From Eledone cirrhosa (taxonomy: Eukaryota): a stretch of 64,000 nt of DNA. Made by a program: the position numbers and the translations under genes. The stretch lies in the NCBI GenBank assembly GCA_964016885.1, contig OZ024742.1, positions 161,138,001 through 161,202,000 of the forward strand. The letters are read 5' to 3'. Under the pieces are notes generated by a model, which saw only the letters and a program-made list of their open reading frames with translations, had not been told where the DNA came from and did not search any database. Below are positions 1-13,027 of this stretch, one piece after another (position 1 is the first letter of the stretch; every line of letters begins with the position of its first letter).

Positions 1-262
1 TTTTGTTTATTTGTTAAGGTTTATCCATCTGGTTTAATAGCGAAGTTAGACAAACGCTTCATAGCGGTGAGAGTTTCTTTGATCTAAAAACTCTGCTCCA
101 TAAAAGATATTCTTGTGCAATATTTTTTTCACTATTATTTTATTCCATTGTCTTAACTGACCATATCTATACAGTAATGGTAGATAAGTAGACAGCTCGT
201 ACTCTGCATTCTCTTTGTATTGTTTCATTTCACTCTCATGGTAAAATTTAATGGTACCCGTA

Positions 263-433
263 ATTCAAAGAGCCAACCTTGTCACACACTGTGTCACCCT
301 GAATTCTTTGAGAACTATGTTAACGGTCTACGTACCTGTAGAATTCTCAGCCATTTGCAAGCACGTTAATTTCCCGAACAGGCTATTCCGTTAGTCAAAC
401 AACTAGAACACGCATCGTCGGAACCGACGGAGG
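263..433 (+). mobile_element. SINE 3' body/tail fragment (cephalopod tRNA-derived SINE family)
   Basis: CTTGTCACAC...GCACGTTAATTTC...GGAACCGACGGAG; reverse-complement homologue at about 53610-53770 is attached to a tRNA-like head. Confidence 0.65.
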
Positions 434-664
434 TTCAACATCACCTGCGTTCTTAATTTCCCTTTAGAAAAGCCTATGCGTCACAGTGCTCTGAAACTCT
501 TCTCTCTGTCCACGATCATTTGTATGTATGAATCCGTAATTCAAAATGGGGTCATACATTTAAAACCAGGCGAAGCCCATCCCTTCTCTAGATCTCAACA
601 CAGTTGATTTCTCCCTGAGAAGGAGAAAGAAAGAGTGATAAAAAAGAAGTGGGAAAGGCATGTA

Positions 665-812
665 GAGAAAGAATCGACCTCGATCGACCTTGAAAGTATG
701 AAAGGTGAAGTTAACCTCGGCAAGTTTTGAACTCAGTGTGCAGAGAACCGAAACGAATACCACAAATCATTCCATCTGATGTGCTAACAACTCAGCCAAT
801 TCGCCGCCTCAC
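665..812 (-). mobile_element. SINE, octopus-type family with GGCGGCGAATTGGC head
   Basis: Reverse strand reads GAGGCGGCGAATTGGCTGAG...CTGAGTTCAAAACTTGCCGAGGTTAACTTCACCTTTCAT (B-box-like GTTCAAA); homologous to 19021-19210. Confidence 0.65.
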
Positions 813-1225
813 ACCATCATAACCAACACTATTAATAAATCCGAGAACGCATATAAGAAAACCGATAGGGAAACGTTCAACTTGAAAACCCTCTTTACAG
901 CTTAATACTCTACTTCACACTTTAATACGCTACTTCAATACTTACTCATGGAAAAATGTAAGAAGTATCGTACATTAAAATTATTAGAAGAGGAGGATAA
1001 ATGTGTCTGCTCTTTAGAAAATTAAAATTGCTTAAATAGAATATGGGAATTGTGTAATTGTGCTGAGAAGAAATATAATAGAGTAGAGGGAATAGAAACC
1101 AAGCCCACCGAGACCCGGAATGACTAGGAGACCAGCTGCGACTAGGGACTCGGTAAAGGCTAAAGATCCATCATTTTTTTTTTTTTTTTTTGCTGAGGCA
1201 TTGCTATCTGCCATAACTAGTTGGT

Positions 1226-1540
1226 TGAAATGCCAGAGAGGGCCCGAAATACTTGAAAAACTGTGAGCCTGGATATAGGTTAATACAATCCAAGCTATCA
1301 GCTATAGTGAGGTAAAAGAATGAAGTACCAAAGAAAATCTCGGAACACCTGAAATCCCACAGGCACGGCTATGGGTTAATACGACCAGGACTGTTAGCTG
1401 TAGTAAGGTGAAAAATTGAAGTGCTAGAGAGGGTCTGAAATATTTCAAAGCCAAAGTGGGGGGAAGATTGAAGTGTAAGAGGGAGCCCGAAATACCTGAA
1501 ATTAAAGGGGTCTGGTCATGGGTTAATACGCCTCAGCTTA
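1226..1540. repeat. Diverged ~95-bp tandem repeat, about 3.5 units
   Basis: Recurring TGAAGT...AGAGGG.CCGAAATAC.TGAAA...GGTTAATAC blocks starting near 1226, 1321, 1417 and 1469. Confidence 0.6.
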
Positions 1541-2074
1541 CTCCAGTAGTTTTCGCTATCACACACGTTTGTTTGGTTGGTTTTGCGGGGGCGTTTTTTA
1601 TAATCAATTGTATCGCTTTTACATCTAGTTTTCCATGCTGGCATAGGTTAGACAAAAAACGGGAGTTTATCCTGGTTTCATATGATGTTAAGCGATCGAG
1701 GGTGCATGAATCACCCTTGGACAAGACACCAATCTGTAACAAGATTAACCACAGCGGCTGCTGCTGTTTGTGTACATTTTAAGCTTAGTGGCTGTAAAAT
1801 TGATTAAATTGACAAGAACAAAACGCACCACTTGGTCTGGGAATCGAACCAATGACCTTATTATCATGATACCAACATACTGACTACTAGGCTACGATCC
1901 TTCACGCTTGTATATTATACATATTTTATTGACTCTGGAAAACCGAAAAATCAATTCGACATTCGTGGGATTAGAACTTAAATAAATAGTCAATAAAAAC
2001 TAATTATAAATAAATATATAATATATATAAATCAGAAACATGTGTAAGCAAGTTATATCTTTTCAAATATATTC

Positions 2075-2292
2075 TGGGCGATAAATTGCCAGAATTGTTA
2101 GTGCGACAGAGAAAATGATTTACTACATTTTTACATATCTTTATGTTCTAAGTTCATATTTCGTCGCGGTCAGCTTTGCCTTTCAACCTTCCTGGGTTGA
2201 TAAAATAAAGTACCAGACAAGTTCTAGGGTCGATTTAATTGGTTTTACCTTCCCAAAAAATTTCTGATCTTATGCATTAATTAGTAACCATT
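2075..2292 (+). mobile_element. SINE (same family as 19021-19210)
   Basis: GTTCTAAGTTCATATTTCGTCGCGGTCAGCTTTGCCTTTCAACC...GATAAAATAAAGTACCAG matches other copies in the window. Confidence 0.7.
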
Positions 2293-2560
2293 ATTTGATG
2301 TATTTTCATTTCTTATATAAATGTCACGTTTGACATCTTTCTATACTACTCTACTCTACACCTTAATAAATATTACTATCTTTATATTAAATATGATGAC
2401 AGAAAACCATGCATCTTCTATTGTCCACGAATGTTAACACTTGTACGATTTCGCTATTTCAAATTTACATCTTGGAGTTATGTCCCTTTATTATAATACG
2501 TTTTCGTAAACTAGCGATTTAACACGCTTTTCTTTTAACGGTATCTTATAAACTCGTATA

Positions 2561-2610
2561 AGCGCCTGGAGATTAGATCATAATTGTGCCTTGAAACCTT
2601 ACGTAGCGCT
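2561..2610 (+). ncRNA. Degenerate hammerhead ribozyme motif
   Basis: AGCGC-CTGGAGA-...-GAAA-CCTTACGTA-GCGCT: helix I intact, core A6 mutated, helix II decayed; 3' half recurs at 31755-31783. Confidence 0.4.
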
Positions 2611-2631
2611 TTTCTTTCGTGTATGAACATA

Positions 2632-2713
<82 letters not shown>

Positions 2714-2794
2714 CTCTCAAAGACAATGACACACGACCGTGACTTCTGGCGTCACGCAGTAATACAGAGTACCCGACCTCCCATGGGTACAAGC

Positions 2795-3091
2795 TGAAGC
2801 ATATAGACAATATGCCTCCACACCCCCCACCGCAAGGTGGTCGTGGAGGTGCCACGGCAAAAAAGCACCCAGCCCACACTGTAAAGTGGACGTGTAGGCG
2901 CCACGAAAAAGCACCCAGCACTCACTGTAAATGAGGTTGGTGTTAGGAAGGGCATCCAGCTGTAGAAATCGAGCCAAATCAGTTCCTGTATGAGCAAGGC
3001 ATGGTCAGCCGACCAGACACTGCCCACAACAGGACAACCCGTCTAACCCATACTAGCGTGGAAGAACGGACGTAAAACGGTGATGATGATA
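2795..3091 (+). mobile_element. SINE / non-autonomous retroposon 3' part with (GAT)n tail
   Basis: AGGAAGGGCATCCAGCTGTAGAAA...GGACGTAAAACGGTGATGATGAT, an RTE-like short-repeat tail; family recognised from memory of octopus repeats. Confidence 0.6.
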
Positions 3092-3219
3092 TATATTCGA
3101 AGAGATTGTTTTGGTAAAAATAGGAGAAGCAGGAGAAAGCTCTTAACATTCGTAGTTTGCGGTTACGATGCAGATTCAGTATAATAATAACATTAATAAA
3201 GATGGTGATGTTACATATT

Positions 3220-3387
3220 TCAACGGTTCTTCCATGCATGTGTTGTTGTTATGAGAACAGTATCCTCAGATGAACGTGTTTTTCCTGCCGGCGACATAGC
3301 ACAAAATCGAATTTCATCTGAGGATACCGTTCTCATAACAACAACAAATGCATGAATTACATCTTGATTGCATGGGAGAACCGTTGA
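3220..3387. repeat. Inverted repeat carrying two degenerate outward-reading HHR motifs
   Basis: 3220-3274 is the reverse complement of 3313-3387 (with an indel); each arm reads TTCAT-CTGAGGA-TAC.GTTCTC...GAACCGTT-GAAA/GACA. Confidence 0.6.
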
Positions 3388-3425
3388 CATAATTATAATA
3401 AATAAACGATTTATGAAATCAGCAT

Positions 3426-3518
<93 letters not shown>

Positions 3519-4134
3519 ACCCTGCAAATGCTCAGACTCTTTCACTCGACACAGAAAATAAAGAAAAAAAACAAATTCATTAAAAATATAAACCACAATT
3601 AAATATATAATTGTCCTCCATTAGACAACAAATAGTGATCTCTAGCTGAGAATAACCAATATATACGCATCTGTAAACAAACCTGTATTTGCTGCCACAC
3701 ACACACCACAAGATAAAAGGAAAAATCATAACCCAAGGAAACCTCTACTGAAAACATTTTTCCTTTTCTCTCTTCCCTCCTCTTTTTCTCTTCAAATCCT
3801 CTTCTTTCAATCACTCTTCCACCATCACCATATAAAGAACGTATATGTAAGACAGAAAATCCAAACTAAAATATTTGGGCAGAAAATTCACATATGTTCT
3901 AACTGCCCACAATATGAGAAAACACTTTTTTTTTTATTTAATAAGGGCGGCATGCTAATCGAACTGATAATATTTGACAACATTTAAGTCCATTTAATGT
4001 AACAATTATAAAAATATTCATTCTGTCGGATTAAAGAAAAAAATAATTTTTAAATATACTTATGTGGTTTTTTCACTTTGACTTTTTACATAGAACTTTT
4101 GATTTAAATGGAACTTTAACTTCTTTTTCAACTA

Positions 4135-4542
4135 CGAGGGTAATCCCAAAAGTAAGGTCTCCTTCCGATATTGCAACTTCCGATATTGCAACTTTTCCGT
4201 TAAAATTCTGTGGATGGTGCTTCGGGAAACCTCAGGAACCAAACTGCAGAGAGCATCCAGAGTGATCCGCCGATCTTTACGCATGTTATCCTCGGAAGGA
4301 GACCTTACTTTTGGGATTACCCTCTATATAATAATTGCGTGAAATTCGCACTTGGCGGTAGCGTTCAACGGGAGCTCCATTCTCAACGGCTGCCAAGCCA
4401 AGCTTGAGGATCCCAGCGAAGCGCGCGCATGCTTGTTTGGGAGTGAAGCAAGCACCAATCACAACAGTGTTGCCAACAGCCGTACGAACAGTTTCTCTGC
4501 GTCCCCATCGCTTTGGAGACCTTAATTTTTGGATTACCCTCG
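4135..4542 (-). mobile_element. Internally deleted mariner (Tc1/mariner) DNA transposon with three TIR copies
   Basis: TA-flanked TIR CGAGGGTAATCC.AAAA.TAAGGTCTCC at 4135, inverted at 4292-4324 and 4515-4542; minus strand encodes MELPLNATAKCEFHAII and DRRITLDALCSLVPEVSRSTIHRILTEKLQYRK (mariner N-terminal HTH regions). Confidence 0.85.
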
Positions 4543-4580
4543 TATATATATATTCCTTTGCTTTTCCTTCAGAATTGCCT

Positions 4581-4671
<91 letters not shown>

Positions 4672-4749
4672 CAAGATGACAAACAAACAAACGCAGGAGT
4701 CAATAGTACATAGTATTATTAGCTTCACGCTTAGTGAGAGTGTGGGAGG

Positions 4750-4786
4750 TTACGACGTTTCTGACATAAGTCCTTCATCAGGAAAG
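4750..4786 (-). ncRNA. Minimal hammerhead motif (PLE pLTR type)
   Basis: Reverse strand CTGATGA-AG-GAC-TTAT-GTC-A-GAAA-CGTC; helix I weak. Confidence 0.5.
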
Positions 4787-5082
4787 TAGGAAGGAACTCC
4801 GAGAGGAAGTGAGGAGGGGTGTTAATAGGAAAATGAAAGGACATATATATATATACACAGGTGACAAAATCACAAAACGACGAGGTGCTTCACGTAATAT
4901 ATGCTATTGTAACATCATGTTACACTCTGTCCTGCTCAATACTAACTGGGGTTGATCAGTCGCAGAGTATATCTCTACAGAACTCGGTAGTGAAGTGGCA
5001 AAAATTGAACTTCATCAAGGCAATCAACAAGAGTTAATTATGTGGTCTACCTTTTGTGGTAGGGTCTATACTGAAGGTACAG

Positions 5083-5124
<42 letters not shown>

Positions 5125-5470
5125 AGATACTATTTATAGTTATGTATATACTATACAATAAACAACTATAAACAGGGAAGGTCAGTAATGTATTACTACC
5201 TTATTACCAGTAAGAGAAATAGCTCAATGTAAGAACATCGGTATCAAAGTTATGTTTAAAACATTTAAGTTATATTTGTATTGAATGTTTGTTATAGTAA
5301 TGGATTGTAACTTGGTGTTATTGTATTCATATTTATGGATTAGAGTTGTTCTACTGCGAGAATTTTCAACGGTTTAATATCCGGAATGGATATTTGGAAT
5401 TAAGGGGAGCTAATGCGTAAGGGGAGGTAACTAGCTCATTATAATAATTAAATTCCTTGCTCTAATAGAC

Positions 5471-5711
5471 ATTATATAGTGCCTCAATTGAATCCCTTAT
5501 ATAAAAAGTTATATATTTATATTTAATTTTAAATACAGTCTATTCTCTCATAATATATTAAAGATTTCAATAGATTGTTGTCTACCCAATATTATATAGT
5601 TCCACAATTGAATCCCTTATACAAAATGTCATATATTTATATTTAATTTTAAATACAGTCTAGTCTCATAATATATTAAAGGTTTCATTAGATTGTTGTC
5701 TACCCAATATT
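5471..5711. repeat. Tandem duplication, period about 120 bp, within PLE 3' region
   Basis: ATTATATAGT...TTGTCTACCCAAT starts at 5471 and at 5591. Confidence 0.85.
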
Positions 5712-6115
5712 TGGCAAGATATGGAATAACGTATAGCTGTTTGCATGATAAATTAGATACATCCCTTGAGTAAATAAATTAATCCTTTATATACAATGTT
5801 ATCAATTTATACATTTAATTATAAATGTATATATAATTCATTGTTACATTTAATATTTAAAGTTTATATATATTATATTATATTTCAATCACTATATAAT
5901 TATAAGTAATCTAAAGTAATTATATTAAAAGGTGGTGACTATAAGAATGTTTCTAGAGTATAATGTTAGAGATAAAAATGATTTGTGTAGAGGAAAGGGT
6001 GGATCAAAGAGTGTGATGCAGCGGTGGAAGGCAAGTCTTAGAGGTGAAGTGCTAATGGTGGTAACGAGTTCAAATCTAACATTGTTATATACTGGGTTTA
6101 AAGCTATGGAATGAG

Positions 6116-6520
6116 TGTCGGAAGCGGTGTTGGCACGATGCAAACACTTCCGATTTTTTTCTTTAGGAGGTTAAGATTCGAAAAGATTATAGTATGAGTC
6201 TCTAGGAGACAGAGGTTACAAAATGTATTAGGTGGTTTATACGATGCAGCCCTACCTACTACTTCCCATTGAAGTCTATATGTTCTATTCCTAGTTTTCA
6301 GATAGTGTATGTAGCTAGATAGTGAAGTGGAGTTGGCTAGATTGTGTTTTTTGAAAGAGTGGAGGTGCGAGTTGTATCTCGTGTTGAAGCAGTTCGAAGT
6401 AGAGCCTATATATGTTTTAGAATAGTTGTTGGTGTTGACCGTGCAGGAGTAAATGATGTCTTTGATTCAGCAGTTATTACCTAAAGGGCAAGTTCTATTT
6501 GATCTCCAGTTACATTTATT
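6116..6520 (-). pseudogene. GIY-YIG endonuclease domain of PLE (not in the ORF track)
   Basis: Manual translation CPLGNNC*IKDIIYSCTVNTNNYSKTYIGSTSNCFNTRYNSHLHSF...WEVVGRAASY...CNLCLLE...SEVFASCQH; aligns by eye with 55769-56230. Confidence 0.85.
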
Positions 6521-7207
6521 TTGAATGTTATCTTGTCGGTTATTATGTTGTGTAGAAGTCTGGTTGCTAGAGTTAGTACTAGGGCTATGATGGTTGTCGT
6601 TCCTAATGATATTGATTTCATTAGTGTTATTACATTATCGGATTAGAACAACTCTAATCCATAAATATGAATACAATAACACCAAGTTACAAACCATTAC
6701 TATAACAAACATTCAATACAAATATAACTTAACATATGTAATGGATGTGAAATCTGTAACTTTCATATTCTACACACATACAAATTTGAACTATACAGTC
6801 ATTGCATCGCATTGCATCCACCATAATACACTAACATATTCGCTTAAAGTGCTTGTATTTTATGTAATACCTTGCAATACAGTACTCATATATGCATGAT
6901 ACATTTGCTTGTTCCATTCCTTTATATATGACTAACGCATGTACTATCTCTTTAATTTAATTATTAGACTATTCTCTTGTATTATCTGTCGCATGTTTTC
7001 CACCCTATGCTTTTAATTTTAATTTTAATTTTGAATTTGAATTTGAATTTGAATTTGAATTTGAATTATTGTACAATTCTCGTATAATATATGTCGCATC
7101 CATTCCACCCTATAAACATGAAACTGTTGTCCACAACATCAATATATATGTATCTGTATGATTCTTCAGTTGGATAGGAGGTTAATTATGTGTACAAACA
7201 TTGATAA

Positions 7208-7254
7208 TGATCTGAGGACTCCAAGCTTAAGTTTGGAAGAAACAATTGTCAGCG
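7208..7254 (+). ncRNA. Hammerhead ribozyme motif (PLE pLTR)
   Basis: CTGAGGA-CT-CCAAGC-TTAA-GTTTGG-AA-GAAA-CAATTGTC: palindromic helix III, GUC triplet; helix I imperfect. Confidence 0.7.
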
Positions 7255-7291
7255 ATTAAATGTTTTAAACATAACTTTGATACTTGTGTAA

Positions 7292-7361
<70 letters not shown>

Positions 7362-7695
7362 CTTCGATGCTTGTGAATACCACAGGTACATCGACTTCTA
7401 ACTTCGTTTGAAATTCCGCTTCGACTATATATATATATATTACACCTCGGCTTTTTCACTTTTACTTTATATATATATATATAGGCACACATACATTTTT
7501 TTATTATTCATATTTGTATATATGTATATATATATATGTGTGTATGTATGCATATATATGCGTGTGTGTGTGTGTTTGTGTGTTTGTCTCTGTGTATTCA
7601 AAAGCGTAACATTTAAGCAAAGACAATCGTAAATTGTTGAAAAGGCAGGCTGCAGCATCTCTCATCTCTCTTCATAATTACATTATGTATTGTTT

Positions 7696-7734
<39 letters not shown>

Positions 7735-7953
7735 TTGTGTACATTATATATATATAAATATATATATATATATAAACATATATATATATATAAGGTGTTT
7801 GTGTATATTTCTTTACATATCAGATTTTGTTTTGCATTATGTATTGCTGCTGTAGTTGTTTTTCTTGTTACTATTTATGTTGTTTTTGTCATTTTTTCTT
7901 CTTTTTTGTTGTTTTTGCTCTTTTCTTCAGGTTATACTTCATATATATATATG

Positions 7954-8029
<76 letters not shown>

Positions 8030-8774
8030 AATGTATGTATGTGTAACTATATATTAAGAGAGAGCGAGAAAGAGAAAGAAATTAAGGTGGAAAACGAGTG
8101 AATTATAAATAGAGTGAATAATAAATAGTGGAGAAAAGAGTGTGTGGGAAAGAAAGAGAGAGATGGGGGAGAAGAAAGAGAGTGTGTAAGAGAAGAGACG
8201 AGAGAGGGTGATTAATTGACTGAGTAGTAGCCCTGTTTGCCAAAAACATCGGAAGAAAACACGGGGATTTCAGATGGGTTTTAGAAATTGTCTTTCAAGC
8301 ACATCGCATAGTGGTATGTTAAGTAGACCATCATTTCGCTCAGACTTTAGTAATGTCAGATCTGTAAGCTGATCCTACCTGAAGGTTTTATGAGGTCACA
8401 AAACTCTCATAATATTAGCGGCAACCACAGGAGAAGTTATTACTTTTTTTGTTTCTTTGTTAAAAGGCAATCTTATTCACCTAAAAACAATACAAAAACA
8501 AGAAAAGAAACACAAAACAAATTCATAATTATGAAAAAAATAAATAAAATATTTTTAAAGCCAAAATAGAAAAGCAAAAGTATGATATTTAGTAGTGAGC
8601 TGCTTTCCACTTCTGTTTGATATTTAAATCATCAGTATGTAATTAGATGTTCCACATGAATATTTTGTGTCTGGCCCCAACCCCTTACACTCCCATCACC
8701 TCTACAAAAAAACGTAAACAAATTGAAGGGCACGACGAAGATATGAAAAATATGAATAATATGTAAAGCTAGCA

Positions 8775-8925
8775 AGATAGATAGATAGCTACATAGATAG
8801 ATAGATTTCTTTATTAGCCACAAGGGCGCAACAAGAAAGGGGACAATACAAAGACATGCCGGGGATTTTACATACAGTCGTGTAAAAAATATAAAAACAA
8901 ACAATTTCAACAATCGAAATCCCCA

Positions 8926-9004
<79 letters not shown>
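8775..9004 (-). repeat. (GATA)n tracts plus a 5'-truncated second Tx1 3' end
   Basis: 8805-8855 resembles 9005-9053 (minus strand ...CCCTTGTGG.TAATAAAGAAA followed by (TCTA)n). Confidence 0.75.
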
Positions 9005-9005
<1 letters not shown>

Positions 9006-9104
9006 GTTTCTTTATTAACCACAAGGGCACAAAAGAAGGGGACAAATACAAAGGGGGAAGTTTACATACAATAAAAACGTGTAAAATATTATCACAAATG
9101 CAAT

Positions 9105-10728
9105 TTAAAAATTAGTCGATTTTCCCAACACCTTGGCCAAAATCTGTAACTCTGTGTTTAGCAGAGTTATGGGCCGGAAGTTGCCTATGTCATCTCCCTT
9201 ATTCCCGTCTTTCCTGATTAGTGTAACCACGCCCCCGGTTGCAGAACTGGGAATTCTCCCGTTCTGTTGCCAGCTGCAGTAGACCGCTTCCAGGAGACCG
9301 GAGAATAAGTCCGGCACTGCTACGTAAAATTCGTAGGGTAGACCGTCGAGACCTGGAGATTTGCGTTTGCCGCATTGACTCAGCGCGTCCCCTATCTCAG
9401 CGGCTGAAATCGGCTTTTCGCAGAACTTTGCCTCGCTGTCCGAGAGTCGCGGTAGGCCGTCGAGGTATGGACCGAAATCCATAGCCCCTCCCGGCGCGCC
9501 GCCCCTCCCGAACAGTTGAGCAAAGTGCCGCTGAAAGGCCGCACACATCTGCTTCGGCTCACGTATCACGCGTCCGTTTTGGTCCTTCAAAGACCGAATC
9601 GTGGACTTGTTGCCACTTTTTGCCTCCGTCACTCGGGCCCAGCTAACAGCTTTGGCTCCCTCGTTTCCCAGAGCACGTATTTTGCTTCTGACAACGCAGC
9701 ACTCGTGCTTTGCGTCGAAGAATTGGTCCAAGGCCGTTCTCATCGCTAGCACGCTGGCTACGTTGCCACTCCTAAGTGCCTCTTCTACTTTATCTACCAG
9801 TTCCTTTTTGGTCTTATTTCTATCTAACGCTAATTCTTTACTAAAAACTATCGAGTCTAATCTAACTGCCCTCTTGAGAGAGTACCACCATCTGTTGTTG
9901 ACAATGGCCCCTGTCAAGTGCTGTTTAATTAAAGTGCTAATCCGTCTACTATAGGCTTTGCTTGTCGGTAACGACAAGTTCAGCTTCCAGTAGCCGGGCC
10001 CTTGTCTATGGGTTCTATCAAGGTTGGCCATGCAGGTCACTAGTTTGTGATCTGAATAGGCAACCATGAACATTTGTGGACAGCTTAACATGTCCCTATC
10101 CTTATTTCTAACTAGAACCCTATCTAGGTACGATCTAGATGTTCCGCTACGATTACTCCACGTCCACAGTGGCGCAGTCGGAAAATCTAGTCGATATCTA
10201 TCGGCCAGGTCAAATCGGTCGATTAACTGTTTGAGGCTGTTACACCCCCCCTTTATCGGGACATGCTCCCACATAGTGCCAACGTGGATCTAGGATTCCA
10301 TTCCAGTCCCCCACTAAAAGCAAGGAGCGGGACGTTCCTAGAAAAGTCTCTAGACGTTTGAAGAAGTCTGGCCGCGGTGTCCCGGATGGGGCATATGCGG
10401 CCACCAGCCTGACGGCTCCACCTTCACTACCGTCAACGTCTAGGACCACCAGTCGACCCTCCGGGTTCAGATGTACCGTCTGTGTTACGAGGCCCAGGTG
10501 TTTCCGCAGCAAAACGGCAACTCCGCCCCCACTCCCCGGTTGACAGAGAGATGCGTAGATCTCAAAGTCATCGAAGATGGGGGCCAGCTGTCGCTCGCTG
10601 TGGATCCTGGACTCGCAAATGGCTACCACATCCATACTGTGCGACCTGAGGTCGTTTAAGAGTTTGCCCTGTTTCCAGGGAATCCCCAGGCCGCGTACGT
10701 TCATACATTCAACTCTTATATTGCCCAT
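9105..10728 (-). pseudogene. Tx1 ORF2: APE endonuclease, linker and start of RT (frameshift near 10250)
   Basis: CMNVRGL, ICESR, LVGDWN, SYLDRVL, YSDHK, GYWKLN, KSPGLDGLPYEFY, NFRPITLLNTELQILAKVL. Confidence 0.92.
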
Positions 10729-10761
10729 GTTGGTGCTGAAAAGTTAAAAGAGGAAAAGAGA

Positions 10762-12664
10762 TCACTCACCCTTCGTCTCCTGGGGACCAGGCCGCATGAT
10801 TTCCATGGAGGTGTTGGATGGGTTGTCTGGACGGGTGGTGGTTTCCGGCGGGGTGGGGACGGAGATGTTTGGTTGGGTGGGGTCTGGTGGGATGGGGGTG
10901 TCTGGGGTGGGGAGACATTTGAGAAGGACGCGGTTGAGTGGTTTCACGCAGGAATTCCCCACATCCTTCTCAAATGTTTCTTTTAGGGACCTATAAGTTT
11001 GTATAGGGACCCTAATCAGTTTTAGGTTCAGTTTTTTGCTATTTTTAATAGAGTGGGCGAAAGTTTACCCTTCGGTTTTCACCGAAGGGTCGTTCGTGAT
11101 GGTCTCCATTAGTGTTTTGTTTTCAATGTTTATGTAAGTGTAAGTGTAATTTTCTTGTGTTGTGTTTGTTTTTGTCTGTAGTTCTTGTGTGTGATTTCGT
11201 TTTGTTGTAGGTATTTTGTTTTCAGGAGGTGGGGGTTTGGTTTGTGATGTTTTTGTTGTTTGTGTTGGTGGTTGTATGTTTGTGGTAGTGTTTGCTGGTT
11301 TTTTTGCTTTTGTGATGTCTTTTCTTTCTTGTTGAGCGATGGGGTTCTCCCTCGTCTTCACTGGGTGATGGCGAGATAGCCTCATCTGTTGTATCGTCTG
11401 TGTGATTGGGGAGGGGTATGTCTTTGGAACTGTTGTGTCTGTATGTGATTTTGCAGTGGTTTTAGGTGGAGTGGGGTTGGGTGGGACTGTGTTTGTTGTG
11501 GTTATTTTTGTGTGTTGGTGTTGTTGTTGTGGTGGTGGTGTTGGTGGTTGTGTTGTTTTGATGGGTGTCGGCAGAAGAACCTTTTTTTATTCATTAATTT
11601 AGGACAGGAAGCCCTCAGGTGACCCCTGCTAAAGCAATGGTAACATGAAGGCCGCCTACCCTCAAACGAAAAGTTTATGTAGGTGAGTCCGTCCAGGAGT
11701 ACACGTTGTGGGATCATAGCTATATGCTCTGGGCTCATTTGCACCAGAACTTCAATGCTAGTCCCATTGAATACATCTCTGGGGGACTTTCCTACTGACA
11801 GCATTCTGTCTTCATCAAAATCGATGAAGCCGCACAGTATCTACCATATGTTCTCCTTTGGTGTGACACTCGTGATTCTGATCTTTTGTGTCCTTTTCCC
11901 CATGTATGTAGGGAAAAAGGTGTACAGGCGACACAGAGTAATTTTGGGCCGTCAATTGATCCTTCATGAGGACCGAAATACTCCCCAAAAGTTTGCTTCT
12001 TTGAATGAATGCAATATCATTCATTGAATTTTTGAAAACCAGTTCAATGTCTTTCTGTGACAATTGGACTGGTTTTCGGGTAGAATTGGAAACTGTCCTA
12101 AAAACTATCGTTTTGAGAGCAGTTTCCTTGCGAAGTTCTACCGGAGAATTGATGCTGAAAGCACCATTTTTTTCGAAAGTGACATATCTCCTAGCGTCCT
12201 TTAAAAGTTGTTCAGCATTTGTTATGTCGAGATATATCAGTTCCTCCTTTTTTTTGAACTTTCTCTGCAAAGGAGATTTTTGGTTTCTTTGTGGAATCCG
12301 TGTTGGTGGTGTTATCATTATTGTTGTTATTGTTGTTGTTATTCTTGTTGTCACCGATGTTGATATCATTAGTATTTTCCTTGGTGTTGTTGTTGTCTTT
12401 GATGCTGGTGTTATTGGTGTTGTCTTTACTTTTTTCTTTGTTGTTGTTATCATTGTTGCTTTTATCATCATTATTGGTGTTGCTGTTATTTTTGTTGTCA
12501 TTGAACTGTTTCGTGTCATTTGTGTTGTTTGGATATGAATTCGTTTTTACATTTTCATTTCGTCTTTCCATCTCTATAGTATCTAGTGAAGAAGACGTTG
12601 TTGACTGCGAGCTTTGTAGTCTTACCGCCTCTCCACCACCATTATCGTTGGACGCAGCGTTCAT
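10762..12664 (-). pseudogene. Tx1 ORF1 (gag-like), multiply frameshifted
   Basis: Asn/Thr-rich N-terminus, FEGRRPSCYHCFSRGHLRASCPK zinc knuckle in 11502-11804, Pro/Thr-rich tail; lies directly upstream of ORF2. Confidence 0.8.
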
Positions 12665-12879
12665 AACGTAATCAAACTTTTACAATATTTTTTCCAAGAT
12701 TCGATGGAGAAAAATTTTTTCAAATGGATATTTTGCCCCTGTAGGGGCGAAAATGAGTTGACCCACCACCTGAAGGTCCAGACGGGGGGTCAAATTACAC
12801 AATGATATAAAATTTAACTAAAAACTCACGTTTTTTTCTTACATAAACTAACGGAAACTTCTCCGCGAAGTTACACACG

Positions 12880-12946
<67 letters not shown>

Positions 12947-13027
12947 TTCCTAACAAGCTCATATGTCCCAAGGCTCTGATACCATCAACACTATAAACAC
13001 AGAGCTGGCATATCTAAGAACTGACTA

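Larger units (their letters stand above)
5118..7293 (-). mobile_element. Naiad-like Penelope-like element remnant with inverted 3' segment
   Basis: GIY-YIG remnant on minus strand; 5266-5352 recurs inverted at about 6643-6732, and that plus-strand arm ends in an HHR; (TA)n on both sides. Confidence 0.75.
9005..12883 (-). mobile_element. Tx1/L1-clade non-LTR retrotransposon; RT core deleted
   Basis: 5' end abuts (TA)n; ORF1 remnants with CCHC knuckle; ORF2 APE domain; ORF2 stops at the start of RT and joins a 3' UTR with AATAAA and (TCTA)n. Confidence 0.9.

Noticed and set aside
46-228. 60-aa ORF that could be a host terminal exon
   Set aside because: No recognisable motif, no clear splice acceptor and no partner exons; cannot be supported without a search
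6467-6469. In-frame TGA in the Naiad-like GIY-YIG region as possible selenocysteine (some Naiads encode Sec)
   Set aside because: It aligns one residue after the conserved Cys (Asn in the 56190 copy), the element is decayed, and no SECIS was identified
12005-12671. Plus-strand hydrophobic ORFs resembling membrane proteins
   Set aside because: Antisense shadows of the (AAC/AAT)-rich Tx1 ORF1
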